Of a stretch of DNA of 64,000 bases, positions 7,727 to 17,737 are shown piece after piece. The position numbers were made by a program, and so were the translations under genes. Under the pieces are notes generated by a model. The model did no database searches. It had not been told where the DNA came from and worked only from the letters and a program-made list of their open reading frames with translations. The DNA is taken from assembly GCA_034521815.1 (NCBI GenBank), contig JAXHLW010000012.1, positions 64,001 to 128,000 on the forward strand, read 5' to 3'. The DNA comes from Trueperaceae bacterium (lineage in GTDB: Bacteria; Deinococcota; Deinococci; Deinococcales; Trueperaceae). Within the stretch, counting starts at the first letter, position 1. Each line of letters begins with the position of its first letter.

Positions 7727-9107
7727 ATGCTCCATCCTTTCCGTTCCCTGCGTTTCGGCGCCTTCGTCCTCGCATCGTTGGCCATGCTGGTTGTGCTCGC
7801 AGCCTGTCAAGAGATAGGTGCGAGCCCCGGTGGTGACGGAGAAACCGTCTCCGTCACGATCGCGCCGCAGCTGGCGCAGTCTGGACTCACGGCCCAAGGG
7901 ATCGTGTCGGATCTGGTCATCTCCGATGTATTGGTTTTCGTGCGCGATGCGTCGACCGGTGATCCCACCAGCGACCCGGAAACGGAACCGGACTGTCTGG
8001 TGTTCGCCAGCGACGGGACCGTAGACGATACCGTCATCGATCCGACCACCGACGAGTGCGCGTTCTCGATCTGGGACGGAACCTCCGTGCTCCCCCGGAC
8101 GCTGCAGCTGCCGCCGCGAGACGGCGCAGGTGATCCGATTCCGTACGACTTCGGCCTGAACGTGCGAAGTCCTGTCGACGAAGGCCTCGGCCTCGTGATT
8201 ACCGCCGCCTTCGCGTCCGAGTCGATTTCCGAGCTCACGACGGCCACGACGCTGCCCTTCGCGAACCTGCAATCGTTCCTCGGCGCTGCGTTCTTTCGTA
8301 CCTACGCCCCGAACGACACGGCGGTGTGCCCCCCGTTCGACCTCGAGGTCGAACGGGGTGAGATCGTCCCGCTCTTCCTGTTTCCGTTCGGGTACGCAAC
8401 GGGGGGCGAGATCTGTTTCGGGGGCACGGCCTCGTCTACGCGGTCGCTCATACCTTTCGACGATTTCGGCGTCGGGCCCACCAACGTCACGCTCGACGGC
8501 GACCCTGCACCCTCGCTTCTTCTCGACGACTCGAAGCGGGGCGTACTCCTGGAGGTGCCATCCTCCGCAGCGCCGGGACAGACGATCGACGTATCGGTCC
8601 CCGTCAACGGTGTTCAAGGCCATCTTCGCTGCGGACTCGGACCAGAATCCTGACGCCGCGTTGGTGGACGGAACCCAGTTCGCTGGTGAGACCGCCTCGA
8701 TCGAGCTGCAAGTGGTCGAGCCCCCGATAGGCGCCGGCATCGCATCCGACCTGGTGGCGCCGGTGATCGAGTCGGTTTTGACGTCGGCTGCGGTCGACAC
8801 CGTGACCCTGGTGATCGGACCGACGACCGACCCGGCCGACGTGACGGACGTCGTCGCCTTTCTCGGGGTTCAGCAGGTCGCGCTCGAAGTGATCAACAAG
8901 ACTACGCAAACGGGCGCCGACGGCATGGTCTACAGCGCCCGCATCTGCAGCGACTTCGGACGCTTCACCGCTGGGACCAACCTCGAGCTGACGTTCTACG
9001 CGAGCGATCCCAGTAGCAACCAGAGCGCCGCTTTCGTACATCCGATCACCATCAACTCCGTCTATCCCGGTCCCCTCGACAGCTGCAGTTCGACCTCGGA
9101 ACTGTAG
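7727..9107 (+). CDS. Hypothetical lipoprotein, one frameshift near 8605
   Basis: AAGGA RBS, signal peptide with lipobox VLAAC; acidic beta-rich sequence; ORFs 7727-8653 and 8358-9107 join as ...VSVPV/TVFKAIFAAD... Confidence 0.7.
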
Positions 9108-9124
9108 CTCCACGGAAGAACCTG

Positions 9125-9156
9125 CGTCGCGCCCCCGGTGTGCCGGGGGCGCGGCG
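9125..9156. terminator. Hairpin between convergent genes
   Basis: CGCGCCCCCGG-tgtg-CCGGGGGCGCG. Confidence 0.7.
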
Positions 9157-9187
9157 TCGAGCATGGTGGGCGTGGACGGCCGAGGCA

Positions 9188-9876
9188 TCAGGCGGCGACG
9201 CCGAACAGGAAGCCCACCCCGGCCGTGATGGCCATGGCGAGCGCGCCCCAGAACGCCACGCGGGTCGTGGCGCGGCCGACCGGCGCGCCGCCGACGGCGC
9301 CGGCGAGCGCGCCGAGCGCCGCGAGCAACGCCAGCGAGCCGAGCGCGACCCCCACGAGACGAGACCGGCGGGGAGGAGCAGGGCGAGGAACAGCGGCAGC
9401 GCGGCGCCCACCGCGAAGGTGCCGGCCGAGGCGAACGCGGCCTGGATCGGCCGGGCGGTGTGGACCGCGGTGATCCCGAGCTCTTCGCGGGCATGGGCGC
9501 CGAGCGCGTCGTGCTCCATGAGCTTCGTCGCGACCTCGTCGGCGAGAGCCGAGTCGAGGCCGCGCTCACGGTAGAGCTCTGCCAGCTCGCGGTGCTCCGC
9601 CTCGGGCAGGCCGGCGAGCTCGCGACGCTCGCGCTCCAGGTCGGCGCTCTCGGTGTCCGCCTGGGAGCTGACCGAGACGTACTCGCCGGCGGCCATCGAC
9701 ATGGCGCCCGCGACCAGGCCGGCGACCCCGGCGACCAGAATGCCCGACCTGCCGGTCCCGGCGGCGGCCACGCCGAGCACGAGGCTGGCGGTGGACACGA
9801 TCCCGTCGTTGGCGCCGAGCACGGCGGCGCGGAGCCACCCGACGCGCTGCATGAAATGGCGTTCGGGATGTTTCAT
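9188..9876 (-). CDS. VIT1/CCC1 family Fe/Mn transporter, frameshift near 9355
   Basis: WLRAAVLGANDGIVSTASL, AGAMSMAAGEYVSVSSQAD; C-terminus ...RVAFWGALAMAITAGVGFLFGVAA* in a shifted frame. Confidence 0.92.
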
Positions 9877-10017
9877 GAGGGCACTCCTTCGAGCGAGTCG
9901 GCGCATCGCGACCGCGGAACCGTCCGCACGAGCATACGGCGCCGTGTGAGGGATGCCGATGACCGGACGCACGGGTCGCACCGGGCCGCGATGTGATCGG
10001 GACCGGGCCGTCCGGAC

Positions 10018-10347
10018 CTATCCGCGCGGTGCGTACATCATCACGACGACGCCCGCCAACGCCAGCGCGGCGCCGATCAGGTCGAACCGGTCCGGACGTA
10101 CGTCGTCCACCAGCCAGCCCCACGCCAACGCCATCGCGATGAAGATGCCGCCGTATGCCGCGTATACGCGACCGAAGTTCGCCGGCTGGAAGGTGGCTAC
10201 GACGCCGTAGAGCATCAGCAGCGCACCGCCCACGACGCCGGGCACCACGCCCGCGTCCGCTCGTAGTGCGCGCCACACCAGGTAGCCGCCCCCGATCTCG
10301 CACAGTCCGGCGACGAAGAACAGCAGTAGCGACCGCCCGATATCCAC
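10018..10347 (-). CDS. YnfA (UPF0060) small membrane protein
   Basis: AGLCEIGGGYLVW, FGRVYAAYGGIFI, PDRFDLIG. Confidence 0.92.
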   Translation of the reverse strand: MDIGRSLLLFFVAGLCEIGGGYLVWRALRADAGVVPGVVGGALLMLYGVVATFQPANFGRVYAAYGGIFIAMALAWGWLVDDVRPDRFDLIGAALALAGVVVMMYAPRG

Positions 10348-10391
10348 GGAACCGAGCCTACCGCTCGGCGCCGTGCCAGGCTGTGCCCACG

Positions 10392-10595
10392 TCAGGCATC
10401 GCGCAGCCGGGCCCTTGCCTCGTGCCACGCCAGTCCCGCGGCGAGCGACACCAGCCCGACCCCCCAGATCACCGGCTCGACGAAGAACGCCAAACCCAGG
10501 CACGACGCCGGGCCGCAGGCGGACACCCAGCGCGGCCAGCGGCGCGCCTCCGCCGGGAGACGACCGGCGCTGCGGCCGACCGCGCGACACGCCAT
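10392..10595 (-). pseudogene. Probable C-terminal remnant of an APC-family amino acid permease
   Basis: RLPAEARRWPRWVSACG.ASCLGLAFFVEPVIWGVGLVSLAAGLAWH resembles the last two TMs of APC permeases; nothing upstream. Confidence 0.45.
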
Positions 10596-11079
10596 GGCGT
10601 CGTACCACGCGTCGTACCCTGCCGGCGTGGACGAAGCTCGGATCGAAGCGTTTCTGCATCGGCACCTGCCGCTGGCCCGCGCCATGGAGGTGCGGGTGGT
10701 CCGCGTCGACGAAGATGGCGCGCGACTGACCGCGCCGCTGGCGCACAACCACAACCATCACGGCACGGCGTTCGGAGGGAGCCTGTCGGCGCTCGCCATG
10801 CTGGCGGGGTGGGCGTTCGTCCACGCCGCCCTGGAGCGCGCCGGGATCGAGGGCGCCGAGGTGGTGATCCACGAGGTGCGCTTCGCGTTCACGAAACCGG
10901 CGCGCGGCGACCTCGAGGCCTGGGTGGCCGCGCCGGAGGACGCCGCATGGGACGTCTTCGCTCGGGCGCTCGCTCGGCGTGGGCGGGCCCGTCTGGATCT
11001 CGGCTGCGAGCTTCGCAGCGAGGATGCCCAGGTCGCCCGCGCCGAGGGGCGCTACGTCGCGGTTCGTGGCGGGAGCTGA
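10594..11079 (+). CDS. YiiD C-terminal-type hot-dog thioesterase domain protein
   Basis: FLHRHLPLARAM, APLAHNHNHHGTAFGGSL, GRARL, EGRYVA. Confidence 0.85.
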   Translation: MASYHASYPAGVDEARIEAFLHRHLPLARAMEVRVVRVDEDGARLTAPLAHNHNHHGTAFGGSLSALAMLAGWAFVHAALERAGIEGAEVVIHEVRFAFTKPARGDLEAWVAAPEDAAWDVFARALARRGRARLDLGCELRSEDAQVARAEGRYVAVRGGS

Positions 11080-11291
11080 GCAAGCCGCATCGCCCGGCGG
11101 CCGCGGCTCGTGATCGGACGCGCGCTCGCTACGCGCGACCTGCGCGCGACCTGCGCGCGCCGATGACCTGGATGGCGGCGCACACCGACGTACCATGGTG
11201 GATCACGGCACCCGGACGCTAGAGGCGGACCGTGTCGCCGGCGACCAGACACTCGCGGCTCGTCACGCGAGGTCGGCGCTCGAGGAGGACG

Positions 11292-12817
11292 ATGGACGAA
11301 TACAACGGCGCCATGCTTCAGGACTTCCATTGGTACACGGAGGCGGACGGATCGCTCTGGGCGCGGCTGGCGGCCGACGCGCCGGCGCTGGCCGAGGCGG
11401 GGTTCACCTCGGTGTGGCTCCCGCCGGCGTACAAGGGCGCCGCCGGCGGCCTGGACACCGGCTACGGCGTGTACGACCTGTTCGACCTCGGCGAATTCGA
11501 TCAGAAAGGCTCGACCCGCACCAAGTACGGCACCCGCGAGGAGTATCTCGCGGCGATCCGCGCCGCGCAGGACGCCGGGATCCGGGTGTACGCCGACATC
11601 GTGTTCAACCACCGGATGGGCGGCGATCACCGCGAGCGGGTCACCGCCACCCCGTTCCACCCCGAGAACCGCCGCGAGGCGATCGGCGAGCCCCGTGATA
11701 TCGAGGCGTGGACTCACTTCGACTTTCCGGGGCGCGGGGGGCGCTACTCGACGCTCCAGTGGCACTGGTGGCACTTCAACGCCGTCGACGCCAGCACCAC
11801 CGACGCCCACGAGGACGTCGAAGGTGACGCCGTGTACCTGTTCGAGGGCAAGTCGTTCGCCGACGACGTCGACCTCGAGAAGGGCAACTACGACTACCTG
11901 ATGGGCTGCAACCTGGACGTCGCGAACCCCGACGTCCACACCGAGCTGGTCCATTGGGGCGAGTGGTACCTGGACACGACGGGTGTCGACGGCCTCCGGT
12001 TCGACGCGGTCAAGCACGTCCCGGCCGAGTTCTTCCTGGCCTGGCTGGATCACGTCCGGCGGCACGCCGGCCGCGACCTGTTCGCGGTCGGCGAGTACTG
12101 GTCGGGCCAGGGCGCAGCCCTCGATCACTTCATCGAGCGGACCGGCCGCCAGGTCCTGCTGTTCGACACCGGGCTGCAGCACGCGTTCGCCCAGGCGTCG
12201 CAGGCGGGCGGTGCGTACGACCTGCGACGGATCTTCGACGCAAGCCTCGTCGCGCGCGACCCCGCCATGGCGGTGACCCTCGTCGCCAACCACGACACGC
12301 AGCCGCTGCAGGCTCTCGAGTCGGTGGTCGAGCCGTGGTTCAAGCCTCTGGCCTACGCGGCGATCCTGCTCCGGCGGGGCGGGTACCCGTGCGTCTTCGC
12401 GGCGGACTACTTCGGCGCCTCCTACCGCGACGTGGGCCGCGACGGCCAGGAGTACGACGTGCACATGGCCAGCCACCGCTGGATGATCGACCGTTTCCTG
12501 GACGTTCGGCGCCGCAACGCCTACGGCGAGCAGTACGACTACTTCAATGAACCGAACCTGGTCGGCTGGACACGTCTGGGCGACGAGGACCATCCCGGCG
12601 GCCTGGCCGTGGTGCTCAGCAACGCTGGCGGCGGGAGCAAGTGGATGGAGACCGGCGCGCCGAACACCACCTACCACGACCACACCGACCACGTGCAGAC
12701 GCCGGTCGTCACCGACGAGCACGGCTGGGGCATGTTCTCTGCGAGCCGGGGTCGGTGTCGTTGTGGGCGCCCGAGGGTGGCGACCGGGGCGGGCACATCC
12801 GGAACGGGACCTCGTAA
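11292..12817 (+). CDS. amyA: Cytoplasmic alpha-amylase (GH13), 1-nt frameshift near 12738
   Basis: MLQDFHWY, VWLPPAYKG, GYGVYDLFDLGEFDQKG, DIVFNH, DGLRFDAVKH, VGEYW, VANHDTQP; corrected end ...FSCEPGSVSLWAPEGG...TS* (TAA 12815). Confidence 0.93.
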
Positions 12818-12848
12818 GCGTCGCCTTTCGTGTCGACCACCGTGGCCC

Positions 12849-13550
12849 TCACGCGCCGCTCGCTCGAGCCTCGAGCCCGGCGCGGTCGAGGATGGTGATG
12901 CGGTGGCGCTCGACGGCGATCAGCCCCTCGGCGGTCAGCGTGCGGAGCGTGCGCTGCAGCACGTCCTCGACCGTGCCCAGGCGCGCCGCGAGTTCGGCCT
13001 GCGTTTCCCACGTGCGCCGCGTCAGCACGGCGCCCTCAGCGTGGTGCAGCAGGTACTTGGCGGTGCGGGCCTCGAGCGGCAGGAGGGAAAGGTCCTCGAC
13101 GATCTGAACGACCTCGATCAGCCGTCGAGCGAGGTGTCGTGTGATCGGCCACAGCAAGTGGGGACGCTCGTCGACCAGCGCCTGCAGCGCGCGCAACGGG
13201 ACGCGCCAGAGGTGGGACGGTTCGAGCGCGACGAGGGTCGCGGAGTTGGGGACGTTCAGCAGCCAACCGACCTGGTTCACCACGTCGCCCGCCCCGAAGT
13301 AGTGGAGGACCTGCTCGCGTCCGGTCGGGGCCAGCTTGCTGCCCTTCAGCCAGCCGTGGTCGACGACGAAAAGGCCGTCCGGTGGGTCGCCTTCGAGAAA
13401 CACGGTGACGCCGGGTCCGACCGCGATCGCGGTCGCCTCGCGCGCTAGACGTTCCACCGCCTCGGGATCCAAGCTGGCGAGGAACGGAACGGCAGCGAGC
13501 ACTACGTGGGCGGATCGGGGTCGATGGTCATCACCGTTGGTGCCGCTCAC
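12849..13550 (-). CDS. Crp/Fnr family transcriptional regulator
   Basis: cNMP-binding fold (VFLEGDPPDGLFVV..G.LK, GREQVL, ATLVALE), LSLLPLEAR, HTH TQAELAARLGTVEDVLQRTLR; leaderless GTG after TATACT. Confidence 0.92.
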   Translation of the reverse strand: MSGTNGDDHRPRSAHVVLAAVPFLASLDPEAVERLAREATAIAVGPGVTVFLEGDPPDGLFVVDHGWLKGSKLAPTGREQVLHYFGAGDVVNQVGWLLNVPNSATLVALEPSHLWRVPLRALQALVDERPHLLWPITRHLARRLIEVVQIVEDLSLLPLEARTAKYLLHHAEGAVLTRRTWETQAELAARLGTVEDVLQRTLRTLTAEGLIAVERHRITILDRAGLEARASGA

Positions 13551-13563
13551 GCCCGCAGTATAG

Positions 13564-13610
13564 GAACTCGGCCCGCGCGCCGCCAACGCCATGGCGCGCG
13601 GGCCGAGTTC
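13564..13610. other. Perfect 18-bp inverted repeat abutting the crp -10 box
   Basis: GAACTCGGCCCGCGCGCC-11 nt-GGCGCGCGGGCCGAGTTC. Confidence 0.85.
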
Positions 13611-13728
13611 GCCCCATTATGTCGGGGAACTGGGCCGGTCCGCACTCGCGCGGGCGCTGGCGGGCGTCGTGATCAGGCGGGACGCGACGCTGGTCGACGG
13701 ACCGGCGTCGCGTCCCTCACGCCGGTCG

Positions 13729-14136
13729 TCACGGTGCCGGCAGCACCTCCGCAAGGGCGGCGAGGTGGATTTCGACCAGCCACACGGCGACGCGGTTCCC
13801 GGCTCGCAGCTCGGGCAGGGTCGCGTCGCCGTACTCGCCGGTGCAGGTCTCTCGCTCCAGCCCTTCGATCTCCGCAGGCTGCATACCGGTGGACTCCATC
13901 ACGATCGGGATCGCGGTGGCGAGGGTACCGGTGTCGGTGAGGATTTCCGCCGCGAAGCCGACGTCACGGCAGAGGCTCTCGCGCACCTCGATGATCGTCG
14001 CCCGGAGCACCTCGGGCGTGGGGTCGGCGGGCATGGGGTCGGGGAGTGGGAGGGTTTGCGCTTGCGCCGAAGCCAAGGCGAGCAGCAGGCTGGCGGTGGC
14101 CATCCAACGGAGGTGGGAGGTCAGGATTCTTCGCAT
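13729..14136 (-). CDS. Hypothetical secreted protein
   Basis: GAGGAG RBS; signal peptide ...LLLALASAQA; two Cys. Confidence 0.65.
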   Translation of the reverse strand: MRRILTSHLRWMATASLLLALASAQAQTLPLPDPMPADPTPEVLRATIIEVRESLCRDVGFAAEILTDTGTLATAIPIVMESTGMQPAEIEGLERETCTGEYGDATLPELRAGNRVAVWLVEIHLAALAEVLPAP

Positions 14137-14343
14137 CGTGGGGTCTCCTCGTGGTTCTCGTGGTTCGCGGACGGGAGCGAGCGCCGGCGCCGCGCGCGGC
14201 GCGCCTCATGACCGCGGCGGGGCGAACCGAGCTTCCGACCGGCGGCGTGTTTCGAGGGTAGGCGTCGAGGGCGGCGCGCGTCTCCGACATAGGTCGGGTC
14301 GGTCCGGCCATCGCGCGCCTCGACCTCGCACGCTCAGAAGTCC

Positions 14344-14556
14344 ATGCGCAGCGACAACCACAGGATGGGCGGCGATCACTGCGAGCGCGTCACCGCGACC
14401 CCGTTCCACCCCGAGAACCGCCGCGACGCGATCGGCGAGCCGCGCGAAATCGAGGCGCCCGTCGTCACCGATGAGCACCGCTGGGGCACGTTTTCCTGCG
14501 AACCGGGGTCGGTCTCGCTGTGGGTGCCCGAGGGCGGCGACCAGGGCGGGCGCTGA
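14344..14556 (+). pseudogene. Internally deleted, diverged mini-copy of amyA
   Basis: NHRMGGDHCERVTATPFHPENRRDAIGEPREIEA (amyA about 11607-11708) joined in frame to PVVTDEHRWGTFSCEPGSVSLWVPEGG (amyA about 12702-12790). Confidence 0.9.
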
Positions 14557-14560
14557 GACG

Positions 14561-16782
14561 CTACGCCTCGGCGACCGCGATTCCCTGGCGCTTCGCCTCG
14601 TACATGGCCTGGTCGGCCTGGCTCAGCAGCGCGTCGGCGCTCATGTCCCCGCCGGAACGGCGCACCGCCATGCCGATCGAGGCGCCGATGCGCACGCCCT
14701 GGATCTCGACCTCCTGCACGGCGCGGCTGAAGCGTCGCGCCGCTGCCAGGGCTCCGGGCGCGTCGGTGTCGGGAAGGATCATGGCGAACTCGTCCCCGCC
14801 CCAGCGGTACAGCCGGTCGCTGTCGCGCGCCACCGAGCGCAGCGCGTCCGCGACGCAGACGAGCGCTTCGTCGCCGGTAGCGTGGCCGAGGCGGTCGTTC
14901 ACCGCTTTGAAGCCGGTCAGGTCGGCGATCAACAAGGCGGTCGGCGTTTCGCTCCGATCCGCCCGTGCCAGCTCCTTCGCGAGCCCTTCGTCGAAGGCGC
15001 GGCGGTTCTCCAGCCCGGTCAGGGCGTCTCAGGGTCGAGGCGAGGTGCAGGTCGCGGCGGTGCCGCGCCTCCCTCAGCACGAAGGCGATGGCGGGCGCGA
15101 ACGCTTTGGCGACCTTGGTGTCCTCGTCCTGGAAAGCGTTCGCGTCGCTGAACGCGTCGAGGTTGACGACCGCGATCACGTCGCCGCGGTGCACGATCGG
15201 CATGCACAGATTGGCGACGATGTCGCGCAGGCTCGGCTGACCCTCGGTGCGGCCGTCGCTCGCCACGACGGAGGCGCGCTCCATCCCTTCCGGATCCCGA
15301 GCGATGCGGGCCGCGCCGACGATCCAGGCGTCGGGATCGCCGTGCCAGGCTCGCAGGTGCTCCTTGCCGAGGGTCACGTCCGCCAGGGAGACTGGGTCGA
15401 ACCCGACCACGCCGGCGTAGTGGAACCGATCGTCCTGTCCAACCAACAGGCTGCCGGCCTCGGCCCCGGGTACCAGATCGACCAGCTCGGCCAAGAGGTC
15501 CTGCGTGGCTTCGTCGAAGCCGAGCTCCAGCAGGCGGTGCTCCACCGCGAGCATGCGCTCCATCACGCGCGCCTCGCGGTCACGTTTTAGCCACAGCCGC
15601 AACGCTCGGGCGAAGTCCGCGACGAGGGCCCGGTCGTCAGCGGTCCATTGCCGGGGGGCGTCGTGGAAGAGGAGCAGATGCGTTTCGCGTAGCTCCGCAG
15701 CGGCATCGGACGGACCGCGGCCGCACGGACCCCGGCGTCGACGAAGGGCGGTGCGGCGAGGGGATCCTCGGCGTAGGCGGCGACGAAGCGTGCCACGCCC
15801 GCCCGGTAGGCCTCGTGGATCAGGCCGGTGCCCAGCGGCCACGTGCGGTGCAACAGGTCGTCGAGCTCCGGCCAGTCGTCCGTAACGACGGTTCTGGCTC
15901 TGAACACGCCACCTCCGTAGTGGACCACGGCGACGGCCCGGATGCCCAGCTCCTCGCGCAGTGTCGCCAGCGCGGCCTCGAGCGCCGCTTCCTGCGGCAG
16001 GTCGGCCACCAGGATCTCTCCGAGGCGGGAGCGCGCCAGCGCACGCCGACGGACGCGCAGGATCGCCTCGGCCCGCCCCGCCGCAGCGACGACGCCGACG
16101 ATCGCTTCGCGTTCGGCGGGCAGGAACGGGCGGGAACGGCGCACCTCGACGACGGCGGTGAGCGTGTCCTCGGAATGGATCGGCACCGCCATCGCTCGCT
16201 CGGAGGGCGCATGGGTCGCCATGCCGTGCGTCTGCGCTCGCAGCACGAACGCCTCCGGCGCGTCGCCCTCCGGCGCGTCGCCCTTCGGCGCGTCGCTTCC
16301 CGGCGCGTCCACGACGAGTCCGTCGCCGGGCACGATGCGCCACGTCGTCACGCGGTCCGGATCGAACCTTCCCAGAAGACGCGGCAGCTCGTGCAAGACG
16401 TCGAACGTGGCGCCGCTGCCCTCGACCTCTTCGAGATGGTCCAGCACCGTTTCTAGATGCGCGCTCGGCGTGGGAGGCGCGCCGAAGAACCGTCGGCGCA
16501 CACCTTTCGGCAGCGCTTGGGGAGGAACACCGCGGCGGCAGCCAGGGCCATGCCTGCGGCCCCGGCCAGAGAGACGATCGTCGCTTCGGCCACGACCGCG
16601 GCCGCCACCAGGACCAAGGAGGCGATGCGCGGCCTAGGTCCCGCGCTGCGCGCGGCGGTCCATGCGATCAGGGCGACCGCTGCTCCACGTGGCGCGGCGC
16701 CCAGCGGTGCTACCAGGGACGTGGCGTACACGAACGCGCCGAGAAGAATCGGACCGAGCGGATGCGTGCGAAGCTCAGGCAC
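14561..16782 (-). CDS. Membrane-anchored GAF-domain diguanylate cyclase, at least 3 frameshifts
   Basis: N-terminal TMs, GAF-like segments (NLCMPIVHRGDVIAVVNLD), DLTGFKAVNDRLGHATGD, YRWGGDEF, GASIG, ADQAMYEAK; start approximate. Confidence 0.8.
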
Positions 16783-17045
16783 GGGTACGCGCCCATCCTC
16801 TCGCCGGCTCGGGCCACACGTGAACGGCTCGCGGCGCGTTCGCGCCGCCACGGCGTGTCGGCCGGTCGCTCGTCGTTCGCCCCCGCATCGTACGGTCGCC
16901 CTTTCCCGCCGCGTCGCACCGTTCCGTTGGACGGTCGCGTGTCGTCGACGATTCGCGCAAAGGCTACCACCCGCCCAGCGTCGATTCGTGGGCCCACCGC
17001 GCGCCAGCGGCCGTCGCGACAGGGCGGGATCGCTCAGAACGGCGA

Positions 17046-17065
17046 GCCATGACCCGGGTCATGGC
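17046..17065. promoter_or_regulatory. CRP/FNR-type operator, copy 3
   Basis: GCCATGAC-CCGG-GTCATGGC; centre 17055.5 is 42.5 bp upstream of ATG 17098; -10 CATGCT at 17085. Confidence 0.85.
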
Positions 17066-17097
17066 GGGCGGAGGCGAGAACCGCCATGCTCGGCGTC

Positions 17098-17718
17098 ATG
17101 ACGGTCGATGCAGATCCCCTCGCGCAGAGTGTCGTCGTCGCCTACGGAAGCACCTTCGGCACGACGGAGGAGACCGCCCGGCAGATCGCCGAAGCCCTCG
17201 CGGCGCGCACCGGCCGGCGGCCGACGCTGGCCGACGTGGCCTGGACCGGCATGGCGGAGATCGTCCGGCACGACGTCCTGATCCTGGGCTCCTCCACCTG
17301 GGACGAGGGGGAGCTGCAGCCCGCCTGGAACGTCGCACTGAGCGCATTGTCCGCCAGCGACTTGCGGGGCCGCCGCGTCGCGGTGTTCGGTTGCGGCGAC
17401 CGCGCCGGCTATCCGGATACGTTCGGAGACGCGCTCGGCATCCTCCTGAGGCACGCTCGCGGCGCCGGCGCCGAGTCGATCGGCGCGTTCCCCATGGAGC
17501 GGCTCGGGTATGACCCGGGTACGTTCGAAGCGGAAGAGGTCCGCGACGGCGACGACCTCGTCGGCTTGATCCTGGACGACGAGGAGGACGACGAGGCCCG
17601 GGTCGCGCAGGTCGCGTGGTGGTGCGATCAGCTGGCGAGCGAACTGGGCCAAGGGCTCGGCGACGCCACCCAGCGGTCGGTCGTAGCGCTGCATCGCGGC
17701 GAGATCCCGGCGCGATAG
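17098..17718 (+). CDS. Long-chain flavodoxin
   Basis: YGSTFGTTE, ILGSSTWDEGELQ, VAVFGCGD...YPDTFGDALG, VGLILDDE. Confidence 0.9.
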   Translation: MTVDADPLAQSVVVAYGSTFGTTEETARQIAEALAARTGRRPTLADVAWTGMAEIVRHDVLILGSSTWDEGELQPAWNVALSALSASDLRGRRVAVFGCGDRAGYPDTFGDALGILLRHARGAGAESIGAFPMERLGYDPGTFEAEEVRDGDDLVGLILDDEEDDEARVAQVAWWCDQLASELGQGLGDATQRSVVALHRGEIPAR

Positions 17719-17737
17719 CCGGCCGACGAGCTTATCC

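Noticed and set aside
11232-13448. 738-aa ORF suggesting an amylase with a long extra domain
   Set aside because: Read-through from a 1-nt frameshift near 12738; the tail is antisense to the crp gene, and the mini-copy shows the correct frame.
14207-14221. CATGAC half-site upstream of the 14136 gene (also ATGAC at 11163)
   Set aside because: The second half-site is absent and there is no credible -10 at the expected spacing.
14344-14556. Possible DGR template/variable repeat pair with amyA
   Set aside because: Differences are mostly third-position and not adenine-specific; no reverse transcriptase is present in the window.
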